In this document: piece after piece, positions 37,619 through 46,094 of the stretch
Numbering within the stretch: the stretch's first letter is position 1
Layout: the number at the start of each line of letters is the position of its first letter
Assembly (NCBI GenBank): GCA_963796055.1
Contig: CAWCKH010000001.1
Span: 128,001 to 192,000, forward strand
Source of the DNA: an uncultured delta proteobacterium
Lineage (GTDB): Bacteria > Myxococcota > Myxococcia > Myxococcales > Myxococcaceae
Length of the DNA: 64,000 bases
Reading direction: 5' to 3'
The notes under the pieces: model-generated
Told to the model about the DNA's origin: nothing
Databases searched by the model: none
The model's input: only the letters and a program-made list of their open reading frames with translations
Translations under genes and position numbers: made by a program

Positions 37619-38293
37619 ATGGCAGCGATGCTCCTCCTCCTGCTCACCGCCGCTCCGCCGGCCGATTCGCCGCTCGGGCGGATGCAGGCCTTCGTCGGGC
37701 AGGGGGCCGCCGATGTCCCCGGCTACGACGCGCTGGCCGACTGTGTCGGGCCTCGCGGCGAGTACCGGACCCGCATCGCCTTCCGGCGCTCGGACGGCTG
37801 GGCCCGCTTCACCCAGTGGCGCGGGGAAGCGCAGACCTGGGACTCGGTCGCGGTGGGCGAGGACAGCTGGGTCAGCGGAGAGCCGAGCCACTGGACGGAA
37901 GGAGACGCGGAGATGGCAGCCCGCATCCTCGGCCATCACTTCCTGGCGATGGTGCTGGCGCCGGAGCGCGTCTTCCGGAAGCTCGGCCCCGCCCGGAAGG
38001 GGCGGCTCGATGACGAGCCCGTGGTGTGGGTCCCCGGGCGGGACGTGGCCGGCCATCCGCTGGAGCTCGCGCTCCGCTCCACGGGGCGTCCGGTGGCGGC
38101 CCGCATCACCTGGGGTGGCACGGTGGGCACCTTGACCCTTCGCTTCTCCGGCTGGGAGCGCGTCGGAGCGCTGCAGCTCCCGCTGTCGGTCCGGATCGAT
38201 CAGGGAAAGGACGTCTTCCGGTTTCGCTTCCGTCCGCCCCGGCTCGAGCCACCGGGCGATGCCGGATGGCGCCCGGCGGGAGCGGGCGGGTGA
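37619..38293 (+). CDS. Hypothetical exported protein
   Basis: Short signal-like N-terminus (MLLLLLTAAPPA), beta-rich body, GC-typical codon use. Confidence 0.6.
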   Translation: MAAMLLLLLTAAPPADSPLGRMQAFVGQGAADVPGYDALADCVGPRGEYRTRIAFRRSDGWARFTQWRGEAQTWDSVAVGEDSWVSGEPSHWTEGDAEMAARILGHHFLAMVLAPERVFRKLGPARKGRLDDEPVVWVPGRDVAGHPLELALRSTGRPVAARITWGGTVGTLTLRFSGWERVGALQLPLSVRIDQGKDVFRFRFRPPRLEPPGDAGWRPAGAGG

Positions 38294-38356
38294 AGCTCCG
38301 CGACGCGCCGCTGGCCCATCTGCGGCTCCGGCTCTACCTGGGCGTGAGCCGACCCC

Positions 38357-39493
38357 TCAGATGTACCGGGCCAGGCTGGCCGGGTGCTCCACCTTGTACC
38401 GGCGGAAGCGCTCGCAGTACGGCAGGAGGAGGGCAATGACCACCGCGGCCGCGAGATAGGTCGTGCCGAGCCCGGTCTGGTGCAGCAGGCCCATGATCCA
38501 CGCTGCGAGCCGGAGCAGATGTGCATGCAGCAGATAGAAGAAGAACGCGCTCTGGCCGAGGACGGTGAGCGGCGCGGCGACCCGCACGGGCAGCTCGGCC
38601 GTCCACAGCGCTCCGAGCAGGAGCCAGGCGATGCCCAGCTCGCAGGCGAGGTAGGCCAGGCTGGCCGGGTACTTGGAGGTGTGGAGCCACTGGATCAGCG
38701 AGCCGTCATCCCGGAAGAGCCCTGCGTTCCCGTACCCGTTCAGGCCACGGACCACCACGAACACGCCCAGCGCGAGGCCTCCGGCGAGCAGCAGCTTGAG
38801 CTGGAACGTCTCGGGGCGGCGCCGCGCGATGTCCGCCGCCGCCCAGCCGAGAAGCATCACCGCCAGCCAGGGAATGACCGGGTACCAGACCGGGAACGGA
38901 CCGACTCGCCCCGGCACCAGGGCGAGCACCGTCAGCACCCGGCCGAGGCCGTCGACGTGCGCGAGCCTCGTGGCCACCGCCTCCTGGACCACGATGAGGA
39001 ACAGGCCCAGGGCGCCACCGACGCGCGCCGGGAGCCGCCGGAGGACGGACATCGCCCCCATGCTCACCCCGATGGCGTACAGGACCTGGAGGACCAGCTG
39101 GAACCGGTGGACGAGCACCATCCACAGCGGGTCCAGAGCCGCGATGAGCAGTCCCCGGGTAACGATGAATCGGGTGATGTCCGCCTCCGACGCTCCGTCC
39201 CCCTTCCGCCGCTGCACCGAGACATAGAGCGAGTAGCCGGAGAGGAAGAGGAACGTCGGGGCGCAGAGGTGGGTGATCCAGCGGGTGAAGAACTGCGCCG
39301 CGGGGAGCGCGGTCCCGGCCACCCAGCCCTGCGCGGAGTCGCCGAACAGCCGTCCGGCGTTGAAGGCGGACGAGGAATGGTCCACCGTCATCAGCACCAT
39401 CACCACGCCGCGGAGCCAGTCCACCGGGAGCAGCCGGGCCCGTGCCATCCGGACGGCCCGGAATGCAGTCACCACACGCGTCGAGACGTCCAT
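38357..39493 (-). CDS. DUF1624 / heparan-alpha-glucosaminide N-acetyltransferase-like membrane protein
   Basis: VDWLRGVVMVLMTVDH, FFTRWITHLCAPTF, KYPASL, FFFYLLH; GGAGG RBS before ATG 39493. Confidence 0.88.
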   Translation of the reverse strand: MDVSTRVVTAFRAVRMARARLLPVDWLRGVVMVLMTVDHSSSAFNAGRLFGDSAQGWVAGTALPAAQFFTRWITHLCAPTFLFLSGYSLYVSVQRRKGDGASEADITRFIVTRGLLIAALDPLWMVLVHRFQLVLQVLYAIGVSMGAMSVLRRLPARVGGALGLFLIVVQEAVATRLAHVDGLGRVLTVLALVPGRVGPFPVWYPVIPWLAVMLLGWAAADIARRRPETFQLKLLLAGGLALGVFVVVRGLNGYGNAGLFRDDGSLIQWLHTSKYPASLAYLACELGIAWLLLGALWTAELPVRVAAPLTVLGQSAFFFYLLHAHLLRLAAWIMGLLHQTGLGTTYLAAAVVIALLLPYCERFRRYKVEHPASLARYI

Positions 39494-39663
39494 CCCACCT
39501 CCAGGAGTGTGCCCGCTGGAACCCGGGACCCGCTGGCGGTGCGCGATCGAACGGAGTGTTGTGGCCTCTCCATCTCCCAGCTGTGCCGTAGGCGAAGGCC
39601 GCTGGCTCGCGGCCAGCACAGTGAAGGGCCCGGAGCACCGCTCGCCGTCGCAGATGCGGTCCT

Positions 39664-41358
39664 TCAGCGGCCGGGACGCTTCTTGCCCGGCAGCAGCCGC
39701 CGCACGCTGATCTTCCCGAAGCGGTTGCCGAACAGGTACCAAGTAAAGGCCGCGCCGAAGAGCGCCGCCGCACCGGCCGTGCCCAGCAGGCCCAGCACCG
39801 GGTAGCCCCGCACCGTCCACGGCACCTGGGAGAAGCTGATGAAGGCGCCGACGATGAAGCCGCAGGCGCAGAACCCGAGGAAGCTGATCACCACCGCCGA
39901 GCGCAGGCTGGTGTTCACCTTCTCCAGGGCTTCCGAGCGCACGTGCATGCTGAACCTGCCGGTCTCGAGGTCGAGGAGGATCTGCGAGAGCTGCGTCGGC
40001 AGGTCCGCGGCCAGCCCCTGGAAGCGCAGCAGCGCGCGCAGCAGCCCGCCCTGGAGATCGCCGAGGTCGTAGCGCCCCTTGAGGAGCTCCTTGGCGTAGG
40101 GGAGCGCCACGCCGAGGATGTCCAGGTCGGGCGAGAGCTGGCGGAGGATGCCCTCCATCGAGATGGAGGCGCGGGAGAGCAGGGCGTACTCGCGCGGCAC
40201 CCGCACCCGGTACTTCACCGCGAGGTCGAGGAGGTCGCCGAGCAGGTGACGCGCGTTCACCTCGCCGAGCGTCCGCGGCAGGTGACGGGCCAGGACGGTG
40301 TCGATGTCGCTCCGGAACGCGGCGATGTTGGCTCGCGCGTCCGGCGCGCCGATCCGGTACAGCAGCCGCGCGACCGACTCCGAGTCCTTCAGCGCCACGG
40401 CGACGATGAGGATGACCAGCTGCTCGCGCATCTGCCGCGTCAGCCGTCCCACCAGACCGAAGTCGATGAGCCCGATGTTCCCGTCCGGCAACAGGAGGAA
40501 GTTTCCGGGGTGCGGATCGGCGTGGAACAGCCCGTCCTCGAAGAGCTGGCGGAAGGCGGTGTCGAGCACGGTGCGGGCGAGCTCGGCGCGCCGCTCGGGC
40601 GACAGGTCGGCCTCGAGGAGCTTCAGCCCGCCGAAGTACTCGAGGGTGAGAACGGTCGCGCTGCTGAGCTCGTCGTGAACCGCGGGGATCCGGATGCCCT
40701 TGCGCGTCCGGTGCGTCTCCTGGAAGGCGCGCACGTTCTCCGCCTCGTGCACGAAGTCCAGCTCCTCCCGGATGGCCCGGTCGAACTCCTCCACGATGCC
40801 CACCGGCGAGTAGATGCCCGTCTCCTCCACCACCGCCTCGAGCAGCCTCGCCAGCGACCGAAGGACCTGGAGGTCCGACGCAATCTGCGCCTGGATGCCC
40901 GGACGCTGCACCTTCACCACCACGGGCTCGCCCGCGCGCGTCAGCCCCTTGTGCACCTGGGCGATGCTCGCCGCCGCCAGCGGCTGCGGCTCGATGCTGG
41001 CGAAGGCCTCCTCCGGGGAGCGCCCGAGGCCAGCCTGGATCGCCGCGCGCACGGCCTCCAGGGGGATGGGCGTCACCGAGTCCTGGAGGAGCCGGAGCTC
41101 GGTCACGAACTCGCCCGGAAGGAGGTCGGCGCGTGTCGAGAGCACCTGCCCCAGCTTCACGAACGTGGGCCCCAGGTCCTCGAGCATCCGCCGGAAGCGG
41201 CGGGCCGCGCTCTGCGCCCGGGTGTCCGGCGCCTGCTCCACCGGCTCGCGCCTGCCGAGGAGCCGGAACACGCCGGCCCGGTCCAGAAGGTCGGCGAATC
41301 CGTGCCTGGCGGCAATGGTGGCGATCTGTCGGAGGCGGTTGAGATCCTGGAGATTCAA
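39664..41358 (-). CDS. AarF/UbiB (ABC1) family atypical kinase
   Basis: LGPTFVKLGQ, AAASIAQVH, VVKVQRP, ELDF, FHADPHPGN, DFGLVG; two C-terminal TM helices. Start TTG 41358 or GTG 41382. Confidence 0.92.
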   Translation of the reverse strand: MNLQDLNRLRQIATIAARHGFADLLDRAGVFRLLGRREPVEQAPDTRAQSAARRFRRMLEDLGPTFVKLGQVLSTRADLLPGEFVTELRLLQDSVTPIPLEAVRAAIQAGLGRSPEEAFASIEPQPLAAASIAQVHKGLTRAGEPVVVKVQRPGIQAQIASDLQVLRSLARLLEAVVEETGIYSPVGIVEEFDRAIREELDFVHEAENVRAFQETHRTRKGIRIPAVHDELSSATVLTLEYFGGLKLLEADLSPERRAELARTVLDTAFRQLFEDGLFHADPHPGNFLLLPDGNIGLIDFGLVGRLTRQMREQLVILIVAVALKDSESVARLLYRIGAPDARANIAAFRSDIDTVLARHLPRTLGEVNARHLLGDLLDLAVKYRVRVPREYALLSRASISMEGILRQLSPDLDILGVALPYAKELLKGRYDLGDLQGGLLRALLRFQGLAADLPTQLSQILLDLETGRFSMHVRSEALEKVNTSLRSAVVISFLGFCACGFIVGAFISFSQVPWTVRGYPVLGLLGTAGAAALFGAAFTWYLFGNRFGKISVRRLLPGKKRPGR

Positions 41359-41437
41359 GGGGTCAGCCCTGGGTGCTACCACCGGTTCCCCCCGGGCGTC
41401 CTGGGGGGCAACCTCACAGGAGACGAGGCGGCGGGCC

Positions 41438-44131
41438 GTGGACCGGAGCGGAGCGGCGACAGCACGGGCAGCGGCGGTGGAGGAGCAGCCGGCGGACGCG
41501 GCGGTCACCCCGATGATCCGCCAGTACCTGGACGCGAAGGCCCGCGCCGGAGACGCTTTCCTCTTCTTCCGGCTGGGCGACTTCTACGAGCTCTTCTTCG
41601 AGGATGCCGTGCGGGCCTCCGAGCTGCTGGGCATCACCCTCACCGCGCGGAGCAAGGGACCCGAGCGAGTGCCGATGTGCGGCGTCCCGTTCCACGCCGC
41701 GCGCCGCTACCTGGCCAGGCTCCTCGAGTTCGGCCACAAGGTCGCCATCTGCGAGCAGGTGGAGGCACCGGGCGCGGGACCCGGGATCGTCCGGAGGGAG
41801 GTCGTCCGCATCGTCACCCCGGGGACGGTGCTGGACGAGGACGTGCTCGACGCCGCCCGGGCCGCCTGGCTGGTCGCGATCAGCGCAGGGGACGCCGCCC
41901 ACGGGGCGGCCCTCCTCGACGTCACGACCGGAGACTTCCGCGCGCTCCAGGGTCCGTCCCTTCAGGGGGTGCTGGACGTCGTCGCCGCGCACGAGCCACG
42001 CGAGGTCCTCATCCCCTCGGACGCCTCGGCCGCGCTGCGGACCGCCGTCCGTGACGCCCTCGGCGCCTTGCCCCTGACGGAGCGCGAGCCGGCCCACTTC
42101 GAGGCCACCCGGGCCGGCGCCTTCCTCCGGACCCACTTCGGGGTGGCCACTCTCGAGGGCTTCGGGGTCGACGGCGCGGCACGGGCGGTGGCCGCTGCCG
42201 GCGCCGCGCTCCGCTACCTGAAGGACACCCAGCGCACGGAAGCGCGCCACGTCCATGCGCTCCGGCGGGTGCCGCTCGAGTCCACCCTGGTCCTCGACGA
42301 GATCACCCGGACCAACCTCGAGGTCCTCCGGACGATGCGCGATGGCTCCCGGGCCGGCGCGCTGCTGGGGGTGGTGGACCGCACCGTCACCGCGCTCGGG
42401 GCGCGCCGGCTGGCCGAGTGGCTGCTCGCGCCGCTCCTGGACCTGGACGCCATCCGCGCCCGGCAGGACGCGGTCGAGGAGCTGTCCAGCAAGGCGGTGT
42501 GGCGCGAGGCATGGGCGGGGCTGCTCCGCCAGGTCGCGGACGTGGAGCGCATCCTCGGGCGGCTGGCCACCGGGCTGGGAACGCCACGCGATCTGGCAGG
42601 CCTCGGCCGGAGCCTGGCAGTGCTGCCGGATCTCGGCACCGCGCTCGAGGGCTGCCGGGCCGGGCTCTGGAAACGGCTGGCCGGGCCGCTGCGTGGCTTC
42701 GAACCGCTCGCCACGCAGCTCCAGCGCGCCCTGGTGGACACACCCCCGGCGGACCTGGACGAGGGCGGGTTCATCCGCCCGGGCTACTCGGAGGAGCTGG
42801 ACGCCCTGGTCGCCCTGGCGACGGACGGCCGGAGCACCCTGGTCGAGCTCGAGCGGCGGGAGCGTGCCCGCACCGGCATCTCGAGCCTGAAGGTCCGCTA
42901 CACCCGGGTGTTCGGCTACTTCTTCGAGGTCACCCGGGCCAACCTGCACCTCGTCCCCCAGGGGTGGGAGCGCCGGCAGACGATGGTCGGCGCCGAGCGC
43001 TTCGTCACCCCGGAGCTGAAGGCCTTCGAGGCGCAGGTGCTGGGGGCGGACGAGAAACGCATCGGCCTGGAACGGGCGCTGTTCGACGAGCTCCGGGACG
43101 CGGTGCTCGCCCGGGCCGCGGCGCTCCGGGCCGCCGCCGACGCCCTGGCCTCGACCGATGCGCTGGCGTCGCTGGCACGGGTGGCGGCCGAGAACGGCTA
43201 CTGCCGCCCGGTGGTGGAAGACTCGGACGTGCTGGAGCTGGATAGGTCCCGCCACCCGGTGGTCGAGCGGCGGGTCTCTGCCGAGCCCTTCGTGCCCAAC
43301 GACCTCACCCTGGACCGCACAGGCTCCCAGCTGGTGGTCCTCACCGGTCCGAACATGGCGGGGAAGAGCACGCTGCTGCGTCAGGTGGCGCTCACCGTGC
43401 TGCTCGCCCAGGCAGGGAGCTTCGTCCCGGCGTCGCGGGCCCGCATCGGGCGGGTGGACCGCATCTTCACCCGGGTGGGCGCCTCGGACGACCTCGCCCG
43501 GGGCCAGTCGACGTTCATGGTGGAGATGGCGGAGACGGCATCCATCCTCCACCACGCCACCGAGCGGAGCCTGGTGCTGCTGGACGAGATCGGCCGTGGG
43601 ACCTCCACCTTCGACGGCCTGTCCATCGCCTGGGCAGTCGCCGAGCACCTGCACGACGTCATCGGCGCCCGGACGCTCTTCGCCACGCACTACCACGAGC
43701 TGGTGGAGCTGGCCCGGACCCATCCCCGGGTGCGCAACCTCTCGATGGGCGTCCGCGAGTCCGGCGGGAAGGTGGTCTTCCTCCGGACGGTGGTCGAGGG
43801 CGGGGCGAGCAAGAGCTACGGCATCGAGGTGGCGCGGCTCGCCGGCCTGCCCGGGAGCGTCCTGCGCCGGGCGCGCGAGGTGCTCCGCCGTCTGGAGACG
43901 GAAGGCGCGCCCCGCCCCGGGGTGGTGCGGGTGGACGAGGACCAGCTGCCGCTCCGGCTCGAGGACGGCGGTCCGCCCACGCTGCTCCCGGACGACGTCA
44001 CCCCGGACGGGCCGTCGGTCGAGTCCGAGGTCCTGGCCGCGCTTCGAGAGGCCCGGCTGGACGAGACGACGCCGCTCCAGGCGCTGCAGCTCCTCGCCCG
44101 GCTCCACGCGGACCTCGTCCGCGGGGGCTGA
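41438..44131 (+). CDS. mutS: DNA mismatch repair protein MutS
   Basis: TPMIRQY, GDFYELFFEDA, Walker A GPNMAGKST, STFMVEM, DEIGRGTS, FATHYHEL, SYGIEVA. Start codon uncertain. Confidence 0.97.
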   Translation: MDRSGAATARAAAVEEQPADAAVTPMIRQYLDAKARAGDAFLFFRLGDFYELFFEDAVRASELLGITLTARSKGPERVPMCGVPFHAARRYLARLLEFGHKVAICEQVEAPGAGPGIVRREVVRIVTPGTVLDEDVLDAARAAWLVAISAGDAAHGAALLDVTTGDFRALQGPSLQGVLDVVAAHEPREVLIPSDASAALRTAVRDALGALPLTEREPAHFEATRAGAFLRTHFGVATLEGFGVDGAARAVAAAGAALRYLKDTQRTEARHVHALRRVPLESTLVLDEITRTNLEVLRTMRDGSRAGALLGVVDRTVTALGARRLAEWLLAPLLDLDAIRARQDAVEELSSKAVWREAWAGLLRQVADVERILGRLATGLGTPRDLAGLGRSLAVLPDLGTALEGCRAGLWKRLAGPLRGFEPLATQLQRALVDTPPADLDEGGFIRPGYSEELDALVALATDGRSTLVELERRERARTGISSLKVRYTRVFGYFFEVTRANLHLVPQGWERRQTMVGAERFVTPELKAFEAQVLGADEKRIGLERALFDELRDAVLARAAALRAAADALASTDALASLARVAAENGYCRPVVEDSDVLELDRSRHPVVERRVSAEPFVPNDLTLDRTGSQLVVLTGPNMAGKSTLLRQVALTVLLAQAGSFVPASRARIGRVDRIFTRVGASDDLARGQSTFMVEMAETASILHHATERSLVLLDEIGRGTSTFDGLSIAWAVAEHLHDVIGARTLFATHYHELVELARTHPRVRNLSMGVRESGGKVVFLRTVVEGGASKSYGIEVARLAGLPGSVLRRAREVLRRLETEGAPRPGVVRVDEDQLPLRLEDGGPPTLLPDDVTPDGPSVESEVLAALREARLDETTPLQALQLLARLHADLVRGG

Positions 44132-44186
44132 GGCAGCAGCAAGGCAAGCGACCGAAAATTTGCCCGCGCGATCACCCCGGGTTCAC

Positions 44187-45974
44187 ATGGCTGTAGTCGT
44201 GAATCCTACCCGCCTGGCCCTGGCCATCAGTGTCTTCGCACTGCCCGCGCTCGCCGCTCCCGAGCCGGCGGAGCAGGCCTACCAGGCCGCGCGCAAGGGC
44301 TACTACGCGCTGAAGAAGGACCCGAAGCGCCGGAAACTTCGCGACAGCTGGCTCACCGTGGCCCACCGGTTCGAGGCGGTGGCGAGGAAGTATCCGACGA
44401 GCACCCGGGCCCCCGACTCGCTCTTCACCGCCGGTCAGATGCTGTCGGACCTCAGCCGGATCAGCCTCGTGGCCGAGGACGCCACGGCCTCGATGGAGGA
44501 TTACCGGACGCTCCTCGAGAATTACCCGCGCAGCGCACTCGCCGACGATGCGGCGCTGGCACTCGCCCGCGGCCATCTCGACCGGGAGCAGCCCGACGCC
44601 GCGCGGAAGGTGCTCCAGCGCGCCGCGCAGCTCCCGAGGGGTGACCAGACCGCGCGTCTTCGCGCCCTGGCGGCGTCGCTCCCACCCGGGGCGAAGGACA
44701 GCCGGAAGGCGGCCAAGGGCGAGGCGGTCGCCAGGCGCGAGTCCTCGACCGAGACGCGCCCGACGACCGCGAGCACACGGGACGGGTCGAGCGACTCCAC
44801 CGGGCGAGGGAATCCACCGGCCGACCGACGCGCCGTCTCATCGACGCGCGCAGGCGCGGAGGCGCGAGCCGCTCCTGCGACCCACGGAGAATCGGGTCCG
44901 GCTCTCACCGTGCGCCAGGCACCAGGGCACGCCGTCGAGACCCCTGCCTGGCTGAAGCAGGTGACGACCCCGAAGCCCGCCACGCCCGAAGCGGCCGAGA
45001 CTGCCTCGAGCGACGAGGCCACGCCGGACGAGGACCCCGACGCTGCCGAGCCGACCCCGGAGGTCGATCGCTCCGCCGAGCATCCCGGCGCGCCCCCGGC
45101 CGACGCTCCCCGGAAGCGCCCGGTGGCGGGGACCGCCCCGGCGACCGCCGAGCTCGGCCGTGCGTCCGGCCCGCCCGATGCCGGTGCGCTCCTCGCGCTG
45201 GCCCCTTCCACCCAGGTTCGCGAGCGGCTCCGCGCCATCCGCAAGCGCGCCCCGAGCGAGGTCACGCTCGCCGAGCAGCTCGGCCTCAAGGTTCGCCGGG
45301 TGGTGATCGATCCCGGCCACGGCGGCCACGACACCGGCACCGTCGGCGCGGACGGCACCAAGGAGAAGGACGTCGCCCTGGCCATCGCCAGGAAGCTCCG
45401 CACCGTGCTGACCGAGCAGGGCCTGGAGGTGGTCCTCACCCGCGAGACCGACCACTTCGTTCGGCTCGAGGAGCGGGCACGGCTGGCCAACGTCGCCCGC
45501 GGGGACCTCTTCATCTCGGTGCACTGCAACTCGCTCCCCCAGCGCCACATCCGCGGCATCGAGACCTACACCCTGAACCTGGCTTCGGACCGCTACGCCA
45601 TCCGCCTCGCGGCGCGCGAGAACGCAACCTCGGAGAAGGGGATGTCGGACCTCCGCTTCCTCCTCGCCGACCTGGCCACCCGGGCCAACACCGAGGAGTC
45701 GGTGCGGCTCGCCACCCAGGTCCAGTCGGGCCTGATCTCGAAGCTCACGGCGAAGGACCGGAGGATCCGCGACCTCGGCACCAAGGAGGCGCTCTTCTAC
45801 GTCCTGCTGGGGACGAAGATGCCGGCCATCCTGGTCGAGACCGGGTTCCTCTCCAACGCCGAGGAGGAGAAGCGCCTGGCCTCCCCGACCTACCAGGAGG
45901 ACGTCGCCCGGGCGATCGCCGCCGGGGTGCAGGACTTCCTCGGCAACCGCGAGCGGCTGGCCAAGGCGAACTAG
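44187..45974 (+). CDS. N-acetylmuramoyl-L-alanine amidase (Amidase_3) with N-terminal TPR and long linker
   Basis: Signal peptide, TPR-like helices, VVIDPGHGGHD, EKDVAL, FISVHCN, ILVETGFLSN. Confidence 0.92.
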   Translation: MAVVVNPTRLALAISVFALPALAAPEPAEQAYQAARKGYYALKKDPKRRKLRDSWLTVAHRFEAVARKYPTSTRAPDSLFTAGQMLSDLSRISLVAEDATASMEDYRTLLENYPRSALADDAALALARGHLDREQPDAARKVLQRAAQLPRGDQTARLRALAASLPPGAKDSRKAAKGEAVARRESSTETRPTTASTRDGSSDSTGRGNPPADRRAVSSTRAGAEARAAPATHGESGPALTVRQAPGHAVETPAWLKQVTTPKPATPEAAETASSDEATPDEDPDAAEPTPEVDRSAEHPGAPPADAPRKRPVAGTAPATAELGRASGPPDAGALLALAPSTQVRERLRAIRKRAPSEVTLAEQLGLKVRRVVIDPGHGGHDTGTVGADGTKEKDVALAIARKLRTVLTEQGLEVVLTRETDHFVRLEERARLANVARGDLFISVHCNSLPQRHIRGIETYTLNLASDRYAIRLAARENATSEKGMSDLRFLLADLATRANTEESVRLATQVQSGLISKLTAKDRRIRDLGTKEALFYVLLGTKMPAILVETGFLSNAEEEKRLASPTYQEDVARAIAAGVQDFLGNRERLAKAN

Positions 45975-45990
45975 GAGCCTGTCGGGCACA

Positions 45991-46076
45991 GCTGACTGCG
46001 GCCGCCCTGACCTCGCCGACTGCAGCCCACCCGACGACACCCTGACCCGGATTTCGACTGCGGCCGCCCTGACCTA
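45991..46076 (+). repeat. Single diverged copy of the 86-bp element
   Basis: Two intact GACTGCGGCCGCCCTGACC cores with the same spacing as in the 30352 array; 6 substitutions, all in the segment between the cores. Confidence 0.9.
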
Positions 46077-46094
46077 TCCTCTCCGGTCGAGGCC

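Noticed and set aside
38290..38439. Small ORF starting at a GTGA overlap (VKLRDAPLAHLRLRLYLG…)
   Set aside because: Only 49 codons, overlaps the convergent DUF1624 gene by over 80 bp, and has no recognisable motif.
39494..39663. Structured ncRNA or riboswitch in the intergenic region
   Set aside because: Only short GC-rich hairpins expected by chance at this GC content; no recognisable family motif.
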